A stretch of 64,000 bases of DNA from Gemmatimonadota bacterium (GTDB taxonomy: Bacteria > Gemmatimonadota > Gemmatimonadetes > Gemmatimonadales > GWC2-71-9): positions 106,968 through 170,967 of the forward strand of contig VGVQ01000004.1 of the NCBI GenBank assembly GCA_016874005.1. Direction: 5' to 3'. The position numbers were made by a program, and so were the translations under genes. The notes under the pieces are model-generated. The model was not told the origin of the DNA and ran no database searches. It was given only the letters and a program-made list of their open reading frames with translations. Shown here in pieces: positions 46,960-55,613 of this stretch. The number at the start of each line of letters is the position of its first letter. Position 1 is the first letter of the stretch.

Positions 46960-47105
46960 CTGCCTAACGTGAGGGCCACCGGCGTCGTGCCATGACGGCG
47001 GATTCCGGGGGTCTTCAGGATCGATTCATGGCCGCCGTCCGATCTTTGGGGACGACGGCGACCGCCCGGGCGCATGCGGATCGCCGCCCAACCACGGGGG
47101 TTTCC

Positions 47106-47801
47106 ATGACCGGGACAGTCACCCATCCGCCAGTTCTTCTACCGATCGCCATTCCTGTCGGGGAGCGATCGCTTCCCGGGGTGCTCGGCCTACCCGCCAC
47201 ACCGGTCGGGGTGGTGGTCTTCGCCCATGGCTGCGGGAGTACTCACACCAGTCCCCGCAACGCCATGGTGGCCCGAGTGCTCGAGCATCGGGGCTTTGCG
47301 ACCGTTCGGTTCGACCTCCTGGTCCCCGATGAAGCCGCCGATCGAGAGAACATGTTCGACATCGAGCTGTTGGCCGGCCGGCTGGGGGCGGTGCTCGACT
47401 GGGTCGCCGGGCGGCCCGAGATTGCTGGCTTGCCCGTCGGCTTGTTCGGGGCGAGTACCGGAGCGGCCGCGGCGCTGGCCGCCGCGGCAAGGTGGCCGGG
47501 CAAGGTGGCGGCGGTTGTCTCCCGAGGCGGTCGCCCCGACCTCGCCTCGCCGTGGCTCGAGTCGGTCCGCGCGCCCACCTTGTTGCTGGTCGGGGGGCTC
47601 GACGAGGAGGTGTTGGTCCTGAACGAGGCGGCCGCGGGCGAATTCCGCTGTCACCATCAGGTCGCGGTGGTTCGTGGCGCAACCCACCTGTTCGAAGAGC
47701 CCGGCACCCTGGCCGAAGTGGCCCGCCAGGCTGCCGACTGGTTCGTGGAGTTCGGGTCGAACCGGGAGGCCCCGAGCATGGCGGCGCCTGAGCCTTCATG
47801 A
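47106..47801 (+). CDS. dienelactone-hydrolase-like alpha/beta hydrolase
   Basis: VVVFAHGCGSTHTSPRN...LFGASTGAAAAL is the nucleophile elbow (GxSxG). The start is taken at MTGTVTHPP (ATG 47106); the alternative ATG 46992 adds 38 residues. Confidence 0.8.
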   Translation: MTGTVTHPPVLLPIAIPVGERSLPGVLGLPATPVGVVVFAHGCGSTHTSPRNAMVARVLEHRGFATVRFDLLVPDEAADRENMFDIELLAGRLGAVLDWVAGRPEIAGLPVGLFGASTGAAAALAAAARWPGKVAAVVSRGGRPDLASPWLESVRAPTLLLVGGLDEEVLVLNEAAAGEFRCHHQVAVVRGATHLFEEPGTLAEVARQAADWFVEFGSNREAPSMAAPEPS

Positions 47802-47976
47802 AATTCGCCGGTATGGGGGCGAAAGTCGTGGGACGGCGGCATCCTCGTCTCGGGCAACCGTGGCCCTCCATCCTGAGGCAGGGTCCTGGGCGGATTTGAT
47901 CGCCGAGGCCGGCCCGGGCGAAGTTGGCTTCAGGCACCAAGGAAGTCGGTGCGTCTCTTTCGCCGCGAGGTCGACG

Positions 47977-48207
47977 ATGTCATCCAGAAAGGCGCCAGCC
48001 AGCAAAAGCACGCCCGCGGCCTCCCCGGACGGGTACCACGCGTTGGTAGCCGAGCGGGCCTACTTCATTTGGATGGGGCGAAACGCCCCTTCCGGCGATC
48101 CGGAGGCGGACTGGCTCGAGGCCGAGCGCCAACTCCGGAGCGAAGCTGCCCCGGCCAAGAAGCGGGTTGGCGGCGGGCCAAAGAAGCGAGTGAAGAAGTC
48201 GGAATAG
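47977..48207 (+). CDS. DUF2934 domain protein with a Lys-rich tail
   Basis: 76 aa. ERAYFIWMGRNAPSGDPEADWLEAERQL matches the DUF2934 signature, and the C-terminus is KKRVGGGPKKRVKKSE. Confidence 0.7.
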   Translation: MSSRKAPASKSTPAASPDGYHALVAERAYFIWMGRNAPSGDPEADWLEAERQLRSEAAPAKKRVGGGPKKRVKKSE

Positions 48208-48246
48208 TGCTCGGGTCAACGCAGTTCAGTCAGCGAGGGGAGCCTC

Positions 48247-48486
48247 ATGGTGAGTCGAACGACGGCCCAGCGGGCCAAGAAGGCGATCGGGCGGGTCGCG
48301 GAGAGGACCAAAGCCGCCGTGGCGAAAGCCAAGCTGGTGGGCGCGGAGGCCGGGTTGGTGGCGAAGCGCGCCAAGTATCGGCTCAAGACCTCGAAGAAGG
48401 CACGAGCGGCTGTCGTCGCCGCGGCGGCGGTGACCGCCGTCGCGCTCGGCGTTGCGGCGGTGAAGAAGGCTCGCAAGCGTCGCTGA
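48247..48486 (+). CDS. small Lys/Ala-rich basic protein with a C-terminal hydrophobic helix
   Basis: 79 aa with SD GGGGAG. AKKA/KAK-type repeats are followed by AAVVAAAAVTAVALGVAAV and then KKARKRR. Confidence 0.55.
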   Translation: MVSRTTAQRAKKAIGRVAERTKAAVAKAKLVGAEAGLVAKRAKYRLKTSKKARAAVVAAAAVTAVALGVAAVKKARKRR

Positions 48487-48609
48487 GCCCCAGGCGCTCC
48501 AAGGCCCGGCGGTAGAGCGGTCGCCAACCCCGAAGTGGGCGGGCGGTGGCTCAATCTGGTGAGCGGACTGGTGCTGCTCGGGCTGGGGCTGGTGCTGCTC
48601 CTCCGGCCC

Positions 48610-49518
48610 TCATGGCTCCGCTGACGGCGGCTCGCCGACCGAGTTGCTCAGGTCGGAGGCATCGCCAACTCGCTCCAGCGGCGGAAGGACAAGGACCAAA
48701 ATCGGGGTCTCGGACCGGCGGATGACCGCGTCCGTCGTTCTCCCGAACAGGCCCTGGGGTGGCACCCGGCTCCGTGGCCTCAGGACTACCACATCAGCGC
48801 CGCACTTCTTGGCTTCAGCCACCACTGTCGCGGCCACGTCAGATCCCGCCGCGACTCGAGCGCCAACTCGGACCCCTTGGGCCCGGAGACGATCGGCGAT
48901 CCGGTCGAGCCGGGTCAGGGCGTCGTGGCGACGCTCCGCCGTGCGGGGCAACTCGAATTCCGGCGGGACGACGGTGAACAGGGTCACATGGGCCTGGCTC
49001 AGGACGGCGAAGTCGGCCAGTCCGGACACCGCGGGCTCGAGGTCGCTGCCGAGGTCGAGGGCCGCGAGGATTCTCTCGCAGCCGACCGGCTCACAGGGGA
49101 CTGTCGAGCCGCCGCAGGGCTTGACCAGCAGGATTGGCGCCTTGGTGCAGCTAGCCAGCCGCTCGGCAATGCTGCGGCGCCCGGCCGGGCCGGGATCTCC
49201 CTCGCCTCGAGTCGCCATGACCACGAGGGTCGTCATGTCGCTGCCCGCCGCATTCCGGAGCGCGTCGACCACCGATCCCTCGCGGATCTCGAAGTCCGCG
49301 GCCGGCCCATCGCCGTGGGCGATGGCTTTGGCCGCCTCGCCGAGGTAGGCCCGAGCGGCCGCAGGATCCTCGTCGCCGGGCCGGACGTGGAGCAGGCGGA
49401 GGCCCCCGCGAGCGCTCTTGGCCAAGCGGCGGGCGGTCGGAATCGCCGCTTCCGCGAGCCGAGACCCGTCGAGAGGGACGAGAATTGAGCCAATCATCTG
49501 GGACGCCTCGCTACTCAT
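48610..49518 (-). CDS. universal stress protein, tandem UspA domains
   Basis: There are two USP domains (ILVPLDGSRLAE... and ILAALDLGSDLE...VVLRPRS). The start is ATG 49518 or 49497. Confidence 0.85.
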   Translation of the reverse strand: MSSEASQMIGSILVPLDGSRLAEAAIPTARRLAKSARGGLRLLHVRPGDEDPAAARAYLGEAAKAIAHGDGPAADFEIREGSVVDALRNAAGSDMTTLVVMATRGEGDPGPAGRRSIAERLASCTKAPILLVKPCGGSTVPCEPVGCERILAALDLGSDLEPAVSGLADFAVLSQAHVTLFTVVPPEFELPRTAERRHDALTRLDRIADRLRAQGVRVGARVAAGSDVAATVVAEAKKCGADVVVLRPRSRVPPQGLFGRTTDAVIRRSETPILVLVLPPLERVGDASDLSNSVGEPPSAEP

Positions 49519-49592
49519 GGCCGCGGACCAGGTAGAATGATCGCAAAGTGCGGCTGAAGGTCTCGTGAAGGTAGCGACAAGAAGGCCCGGCG

Positions 49593-49609
49593 GGAGTCGA
49601 ATCGACTCC
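49593..49609. promoter_or_regulatory. perfect 17-bp palindrome GGAGTCGA-A-TCGACTCC in the divergent USP/PRTase promoter region (candidate operator)
   Basis: Read directly; coordinates were cross-checked against track ORF 49617. It lies between the USP start (49518, minus strand) and the PRTase start (49696, plus strand). Confidence 0.4.
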
Positions 49610-49695
49610 ATCGGAGGTGCTTTCATCCGGACGTCAACGTTGCCTCACGGTCTTCGGCGGAGATTCGACGGACCCTGGCAATCGAAAGGAGCGGC

Positions 49696-50406
49696 ATGAT
49701 GAGCGAACCGTGTTGGCGGGATCGAATCGAGGCGGGGCAAGAGCTCGGGCGGCTGCTCGCGGTTCACCGAGGGACCGGCGCGGTGGTGCTCGGCATTCCC
49801 CGGGGCGGCGTGGTCGTCGCGGCCGAGGTGGCCCGAATGCTTGCCGCCGATCTCGACGTGGTCGTGGCGAAGAAGCTCGGTGCCCCGGGACAGCAGGAGC
49901 TGGCCATCGGCGCGGTCGCCACCGGGGGGAGCCGGTATCTCAACGACGAGCTGATCAGCGCCCTCCGGGTCTCGGCCTCGTACCTGGCGGAGGCAACCGA
50001 GGTCCGGGCCCGGGAAGCTAAGGAGCGGGAGGAGCGGATCCGACGGCACCGATCCGCGGTTCCGCTCGAGGGTCGCACGGCGATCATCGTCGACGATGGA
50101 CTCGCCACGGGTGCGACGGCGTTGGCGGCGGTGCGCTCGGTCGTGGCGCGACAGGCTAGGCGGGTCATCGTGGCCGCACCGGTCGCCTCGACCCAGGCCT
50201 GCGAGCTATTGCGCCGGGAGGCGGAGGTCGTCTGCCTCCACGAGCTTGCCAGTCTGGTGGCTATCGGATTCTACTATCGAGATTTCCTGGCGGTGGAGGA
50301 AAGCCGCGTGGTGGAGTTATTGTCCGAGGCGGGTCGGCGTTCGCCGCCCTCGACCCCCGTTGGCGAGGCGATCGCCGATCGGCTCGTAACGGGGGGGGGA
50401 CATTGA
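49696..50406 (+). CDS. phosphoribosyltransferase family protein
   Basis: VVLGIPRGGVVVAAEVA...AIIVDDGLATGATA is the PRPP-binding loop. SD AAGGAG lies upstream. Confidence 0.88.
   Translation: MMSEPCWRDRIEAGQELGRLLAVHRGTGAVVLGIPRGGVVVAAEVARMLAADLDVVVAKKLGAPGQQELAIGAVATGGSRYLNDELISALRVSASYLAEATEVRAREAKEREERIRRHRSAVPLEGRTAIIVDDGLATGATALAAVRSVVARQARRVIVAAPVASTQACELLRREAEVVCLHELASLVAIGFYYRDFLAVEESRVVELLSEAGRRSPPSTPVGEAIADRLVTGGGH
50391..50399. repeat. G9 homopolymer tract at the PRTase stop / lpxD start junction
   Basis: It encodes the last glycines of the PRTase (VTGGGH*) and lies 4 nt upstream of the lpxD TTG start. Confidence 0.9.
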
Positions 50407-51470
50407 GCGCTGCGACGCAGCATACCACCGGTTCGATCGCCGCGATGCTCGGTGCCGAGTTGATCGGACCGGCGGAGTTGGCGGTGACCGGGCTCGCCAC
50501 GATCGACCAGGCCGAGCCTGGGCATTTGACCTTCATTCGATCGGCGACCTACGCGGATCGGTGGCCCGGGAGCCGGGCGACCGCGACGTTCGTTTCCCGT
50601 GGGATCGACCTTCCGGCCCATCCCGCCGCGGGTCGGGCGGTGCTGGTCGTCCCGGACGCCGAAGCGGCGATCCAAGACCTCATCCCTGCTTTTTCTCCTC
50701 CGGCCCCGCAATATCCGGCGGGGGTTCACCCCACCGCCGTGGTCGATGGGTCGGCCCGGGTGGCGGCTGACGCGTGGATCGGGCCGTACTCGGTGGTCGG
50801 GCCGGGGACGGTCGTCGAAGAGGGGGCCGTGCTGGTGGCTCAGGTCTACCTCGGTGCGGCTGCGAGGGTCGGGGCGGGTACGGTGCTCCACCCCGGGGTG
50901 CGGCTCCTCGATCGGAGCGAAATCGGAGCGCGCTGTCTGCTGTGGCCGAACGTGGTGGTGGGGGCGGACGGGTTCGGATTTCGGCCCAGCGCGGATGGGC
51001 AGTGGCTCGAGAAGGTCCCTCACATCGGACGGGTGGTGGTGGAGGACGACGTCGAGATCGGGGCCAACACGTCGATCGATCGGGGCAAGTTCGGGGCGAC
51101 CCGGATCGGGGCGGGCAGCAAGATCGACAACCATTGCCAGATTGCCCACAACTGCGTCATCGGTCGATCGGTGATCGTTTGTGGGATGACGGGGATCGCG
51201 GGCTCGGTGTCGATTCATGACGGGGCGGTGATCGCCGGTCACGTCGGCATTGCGGATCACGTCGTGATCGGCGCCGGCGCGGTGGTCGCGGCCAAGGCGG
51301 GAGTGATTGCCGACGTGCCGGCTGGAGCAACGGTGTTCGGGACCCCGGCGGGGCCCCATCGGGAGCAGATGCGGAGTTTCGCGGCCTTACGCCGGCTGCC
51401 GGACGCGCTGCGCCGCCTGGAGCAACTCGAGCGGATGGTGCTGCCCCTGTCGGCCGAGGAGGATCGTTAG
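50403..51470 (+). CDS. lpxD: UDP-3-O-acylglucosamine N-acyltransferase
   Basis: The N-terminus SIAAMLGAELIGPAELAVTGLATIDQAEPGHLTFI is followed by left-handed beta-helix hexapeptide repeats. The TTG start overlaps the PRTase stop by 4 nt. Confidence 0.85.
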   Translation: MSAATQHTTGSIAAMLGAELIGPAELAVTGLATIDQAEPGHLTFIRSATYADRWPGSRATATFVSRGIDLPAHPAAGRAVLVVPDAEAAIQDLIPAFSPPAPQYPAGVHPTAVVDGSARVAADAWIGPYSVVGPGTVVEEGAVLVAQVYLGAAARVGAGTVLHPGVRLLDRSEIGARCLLWPNVVVGADGFGFRPSADGQWLEKVPHIGRVVVEDDVEIGANTSIDRGKFGATRIGAGSKIDNHCQIAHNCVIGRSVIVCGMTGIAGSVSIHDGAVIAGHVGIADHVVIGAGAVVAAKAGVIADVPAGATVFGTPAGPHREQMRSFAALRRLPDALRRLEQLERMVLPLSAEEDR

Positions 51471-51511
51471 GCGTCCCCTGCTCGAAGGCGACCGGGGGGC
51501 GGGCCTCGGGA

Positions 51512-52414
51512 TCAGGGCACGACGTGGGTCACCAGCACCGGGACCTCCGCGGCGCGGATGATCTTGTCGGCGACGCTCCCGAGCACCACCCGGGCGACCC
51601 CTTCCGGGGCGCGGGTGGCGAGCGCGGCCAAGTCGTAGTTCCCGGTGGCCAACTCGGTCAGGATCGCCTCGGCGGGGTTCGAGCCGTGATGGACCCGGAA
51701 CGACGACCGCATTCCCTCGGATCGCAGGGTCTCGACCAGTCCACTCAGTCGGCTCTCCGCCTCGGCGCGGAGCCGCTGGGTATAGTCGGTCGGAAGGGTT
51801 ACGGCACCCTCGGCGCCAAGTCCCATGCTGACGAAAGGTGCCTGCACCACGACGTGCAGGAGGGTGATTTCCGCGTCGAGCAACCGGGCGATCGGGGTGA
51901 CGGCGGCGAGGACCGAGTCGGAGCCGGCCGACAGGTCGAGGGTCACCAGAATTCGGCGCCACGAGGCGGGTTCGGAGGTGACCTCGGGACGCAGCAGCAG
52001 CGTGGGAACGGTGGTGTCCTTGAGAAGCCCGTCGGCAACGCTGCCGAGCCAGAACCGGCTCCAGGGACCGCGGCCGTGGGTCGTCATGACCACGAGGTCA
52101 GGTCGGGCTCGCCGAAGCCAGCCTGCGAGGGTGGGTGCCGGCTGTCCCTCGAGCAGCTCGAATTGGACGGGCCGTCCGCCCACCATGCCAAGGGACTGGG
52201 CTTCTTGCTCGAGCCAGGCGAGTTGGGCCTCGCGTTCGGACTCGGCGTGGGGATCTTCGCTGAAGAACCGCTGGTCGTACCGCGACCGATACACGCTCAC
52301 GAGCGTCAGCCACGCCCCGGCTCGGTCGGCGAGGGCGGTGGCCACGGGTAGGGCCCGGCGGGCAAACCCGGACCCATCGAGGGGGACCACGACGCGGTTC
52401 ATGCCGGGTAGCAT
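51512..52414 (-). CDS. universal stress protein, tandem UspA domains
   Basis: There are two USP domains (VVVPLDGSGFARRA...VVMTTHGRG and ILVTLDLSAGSD...PVLVTH). The start is ATG 52414 or 52402. Confidence 0.85.
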   Translation of the reverse strand: MLPGMNRVVVPLDGSGFARRALPVATALADRAGAWLTLVSVYRSRYDQRFFSEDPHAESEREAQLAWLEQEAQSLGMVGGRPVQFELLEGQPAPTLAGWLRRARPDLVVMTTHGRGPWSRFWLGSVADGLLKDTTVPTLLLRPEVTSEPASWRRILVTLDLSAGSDSVLAAVTPIARLLDAEITLLHVVVQAPFVSMGLGAEGAVTLPTDYTQRLRAEAESRLSGLVETLRSEGMRSSFRVHHGSNPAEAILTELATGNYDLAALATRAPEGVARVVLGSVADKIIRAAEVPVLVTHVVP

Positions 52415-52546
52415 AGCTGGTTAGACCTGAAGCGAGGCTCAAGCCACCGTGAATCTTCGATGAGGTCGGACGGACCGGCGTGGCGCCGCGACGTCAGACT
52501 ATGACCGGGAGAAACTCCAGGAGCGGCTGGCGAAGCTCGCTGGTGC

Positions 52547-53026
52547 CTACTTCCGCTCCAACACCATCACCTGCGCGATCTCCTGGCCGGCGACGCTGAT
52601 GGAGCGGTTCTGGGTCAGGGTCTTCTTGTCGGCGGACAACGACATCCGATCGACGATGGTGGCCGTGCCCCCGCCCGTTTCGACCGACGTCGTGATGACC
52701 AGGACATCGCCATCCCAGGCCAATACGCTGACGAAATCGCCCTGAGGGGTTGGATTGGTGTGGGACTTCCCGTCGATGGCCATGGTGAGAGTGACCGCCT
52801 GCTCGCCCTCCGCTCCGCCGATGGTCCGCTTGACCACCAACTTCGGCTCCTGGTGATCGAACACGTCGGTCCGCGAGGTCGGGCCGGGCATCGGGCCGAA
52901 GTTGCTCTTGTCGACCACCAGCGCGTAGGTACCGGAGAAGTTCGGCTTGGACTGGGCAATGACTGTTGTCGCGGCCGCGGCGATCGCGACGACCCCGATC
53001 ACGGCCGAACGGAACCTGAACGGCAT
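52547..53026 (-). CDS. secreted hypothetical beta-rich protein (lipocalin-like?)
   Basis: AAGGAG SD lies upstream of ATG 53026. The signal peptide is MPFRFRSAVIGVVAIAAAATTVIAQ. No motif was recognised. Confidence 0.6.
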   Translation of the reverse strand: MPFRFRSAVIGVVAIAAAATTVIAQSKPNFSGTYALVVDKSNFGPMPGPTSRTDVFDHQEPKLVVKRTIGGAEGEQAVTLTMAIDGKSHTNPTPQGDFVSVLAWDGDVLVITTSVETGGGTATIVDRMSLSADKKTLTQNRSISVAGQEIAQVMVLERK

Positions 53027-53275
53027 TGTCACTCCTTGGTGAGGGTGCGCGCGGCCCGGCAATCTGGAGGGATCGCGGCCGTTTGTCGACCCGACCGCCC
53101 TCACGAGACGGAGGTGGGGTCGGGAGGCCCGCGGTCGCTCCGGCTTCTGGACGCCGCGAATCCCCGGCCGGGACCCCGGCGTAAGGCCAGGATCGGATTT
53201 CGGGCTACATTGGCCGGGGCGGCGCCGCGCGCTAGGTTTGCCGGCGGTGGAATTTCACTCGTTCGAGGGGGCGAC

Positions 53276-53947
53276 ATGCGGGCATTATGGCTGGGTGTCG
53301 GGCTGTCGATGGCGGCGGCGCCGATGATGGGGCAAGACGCGGATCGGAGCGTCAAGGGCGGGATCGCGGTGGATGGATGGAAGGGCCGGGTCGATCGGGC
53401 GGCGATCGCCCGCGGCAAGACGATCGCGGACTCGCGGTTCGGACAGGAGGGATCGGCGTTGCGGCTGTCGGTTGGACCGGCGGGGATCTTCTGGAACCCG
53501 AGCCACCAGGCCAAGGGCGACTACCTGGTGAAGGCTACCTTCAAGGAGCACAAGATGCGGAGCAGCCATCCGCACTCCTACGGGATCTTCATCGGCGGAG
53601 CCGACCTCGAGTCGGAGACCGAGACGTTGATGTACTGTATCGTCTACGGTAACGGGACCTACTCGGTGAAGACGTTCCACGGCGCCAACGTGGTGACGCT
53701 GGTCGATCGGGCGGCCCACCCGGCCCTCCAGCCAGCCAACGCCGAGGGCGAGGCGACCAACGAGATCGGGTGGCGGGTGCAGGGCGGCAAGGCCGCCTGC
53801 GTGGTCAACGGCACCGAGGTGAAGTCCTTCGACCGTGCCGAAGTGGTCGCCGCGGACAAGCTGAAGAGTCTCGACGGCGGCTACGGCATCCGGGTGAGCC
53901 ATAACCTCGAACTGACGGTGACCGGGCTCTCCGCCGGCAAGCCCTGA
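53276..53947 (+). CDS. secreted hypothetical protein, concanavalin-A-like / DUF1080-like (tentative)
   Basis: SD GAGGGGG, signal peptide MRALWLGVGLSMAAAPMMGQ, and a beta-sandwich-like sequence. The family assignment is tentative. Confidence 0.55.
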   Translation: MRALWLGVGLSMAAAPMMGQDADRSVKGGIAVDGWKGRVDRAAIARGKTIADSRFGQEGSALRLSVGPAGIFWNPSHQAKGDYLVKATFKEHKMRSSHPHSYGIFIGGADLESETETLMYCIVYGNGTYSVKTFHGANVVTLVDRAAHPALQPANAEGEATNEIGWRVQGGKAACVVNGTEVKSFDRAEVVAADKLKSLDGGYGIRVSHNLELTVTGLSAGKP

Positions 53948-54028
53948 CCGGGTCGGTCCCCCCGGGGCGTCGGGAGCCCCGGGGGATGCGCCGTCGTGGC
54001 CGCGGGCCGCCGATGCTATTTTTCGGCC

Positions 54029-55549
54029 ATGACCACGATCCGCCAGGCTGATTTCATCCAGTCGATCGCCGACGCCCTCCAGCACATCTCCTACTATCAC
54101 CCCCTCGATTACATCACCGCCCTCGCCCAAGCCTACCAGCTGGAGCAGAGTCCGGCGGCCAAGGATGCGATCGCCCAGATCCTCACCAACTCGCGAATGT
54201 GCGCCGAGGGGCACCGGCCGATTTGCCAGGACACCGGGATCGTGGTGGTGTTCCTGAAGGTGGGCATGGGCGTTCGGTGGGATGCCTCGATGTCGATCCA
54301 GGAGATGGTCGACGAGGGAGTGCGGCGCGCCTATCTGCTCCCGGAGAACGTGCTTCGGGCCTCGATCGTCGCCGATCCGGCGTTCGCTCGGAAAAACACC
54401 AAGGACAACACGCCCGCTGTCGTCCACGTCGAGATCGTCCCCGGCGAGACGGTCGAGGTCAAGCTTGCCGCCAAGGGTGGCGGATCGGAAAACAAGTCGA
54501 AGTTCGCGATGCTCAATCCGAGCGATTCGATCGTCGATTGGGTGCTCAAGACGGTGCCGCTGATGGGTGCGGGGTGGTGTCCGCCGGGGATGTTGGGCAT
54601 CGGTATCGGCGGGTCGGCGGAGAAGGCCATGCTGATGGCGAAGGAATCGCTGATGGAACCCATCGACATGACCCAGCTCAAGGCCCGAGGCCCGGCGAGC
54701 AAGCTCGAGGAGCTTCGGATCGAGCTGTGCGACAAGATCAACGCCTTGGGGATCGGCGCCCAGGGGTTGGGCGGCCTCTCGACGGTCCTCGACGTGAAGA
54801 TCTTCGACTATCCGACCCATGCCGCGTCGAAACCGATCGCGATGATCCCGAACTGCGCCGCGACCCGCCACGCCCACTTCACCCTGGACGGCACCGGGGC
54901 GGCCCGACTGCCAGTGCCGAAGCTCTCGGATTGGCCGGCGGTTACCTGGCAGCCGGACGCGGCGGCCAAGCGGGTCGACCTCGACACTCTGACGCCCGAG
55001 GTGGTGGCGACCTGGCGGGCCGGCGATCGATTGCTGTTGTCGGGCAAGTTGCTGACCGGTCGCGACGCGGCTCACAAACGGATCGCCGATCTGTTCGCCT
55101 CGGGCCAGGGGCTCCCGCCCGGGGTCGATTTCACCAACCGGGTCATCTACTACGTCGGCCCCGTGGACCCGGTTCGCGACGAAGCGGTGGGCCCCGCGGG
55201 GCCGACCACCGCCACCCGGATGGACAAGTTCACCGAGATGATGCTGGCCCAGACCGGTCTGATCGCGATGATCGGCAAGGCGGAACGGGGACCGGCCGGG
55301 CTCGAGGCGATTCGGAAACACCGGGCGGCGTACTTGATGGCGGTAGGCGGCGCGGCCTACCTGGTCTCGAAGGCGATTCGGGCCTCGCGGGTCGTGGCGT
55401 TCGAGGACTTGGGGATGGAGGCGATCTACGAGTTCCAGGTCGACGAGATGCCGGTGACGGTGGCGGTCGACGCCGACGGGCGCAACGTCCACGAGACCGG
55501 ACCGCGGGAGTGGCAGGAGCGGATCCGCGGCCTTCCGGTGCTCAGCTAG
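54029..55549 (+). CDS. class I (Fe-S dependent) fumarate hydratase, fused alpha/beta type
   Basis: HRPICQDTGIVVVF, GGGSENKS and a C-terminal beta-subunit-like domain are present. The start is taken at MTTIRQADF (ATG 54029). Confidence 0.9.
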   Translation: MTTIRQADFIQSIADALQHISYYHPLDYITALAQAYQLEQSPAAKDAIAQILTNSRMCAEGHRPICQDTGIVVVFLKVGMGVRWDASMSIQEMVDEGVRRAYLLPENVLRASIVADPAFARKNTKDNTPAVVHVEIVPGETVEVKLAAKGGGSENKSKFAMLNPSDSIVDWVLKTVPLMGAGWCPPGMLGIGIGGSAEKAMLMAKESLMEPIDMTQLKARGPASKLEELRIELCDKINALGIGAQGLGGLSTVLDVKIFDYPTHAASKPIAMIPNCAATRHAHFTLDGTGAARLPVPKLSDWPAVTWQPDAAAKRVDLDTLTPEVVATWRAGDRLLLSGKLLTGRDAAHKRIADLFASGQGLPPGVDFTNRVIYYVGPVDPVRDEAVGPAGPTTATRMDKFTEMMLAQTGLIAMIGKAERGPAGLEAIRKHRAAYLMAVGGAAYLVSKAIRASRVVAFEDLGMEAIYEFQVDEMPVTVAVDADGRNVHETGPREWQERIRGLPVLS

Positions 55550-55613
55550 CGCTCTCCCGAACCGGCCTCCTCACCCAGCCGGACCGGGCGGGACTCGGTG
55601 AGCCCCGCCGGGG

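Noticed and set aside
48535-48624. 29-codon GTG-initiated hydrophobic mini-ORF (MGGRWLNLVSGLVLLGLGLVLLLRPSWLR)
   Set aside because: It looks like a single TM helix, but it has no SD, is very short, and overlaps the 3' end of the convergent USP gene. It cannot be supported from sequence alone.
23255-55350. Frequent heptamer GGTAGGC/GCCTACC (for example near 23262, 30973, 39950, 42301, 46755, 49345, 55342)
   Set aside because: It is a one-base neighbour of the octamer core. It is explained by the common GTA-GGC / GCC-TAC codon pairs, and I could not show enrichment, so it is not counted as motif copies.
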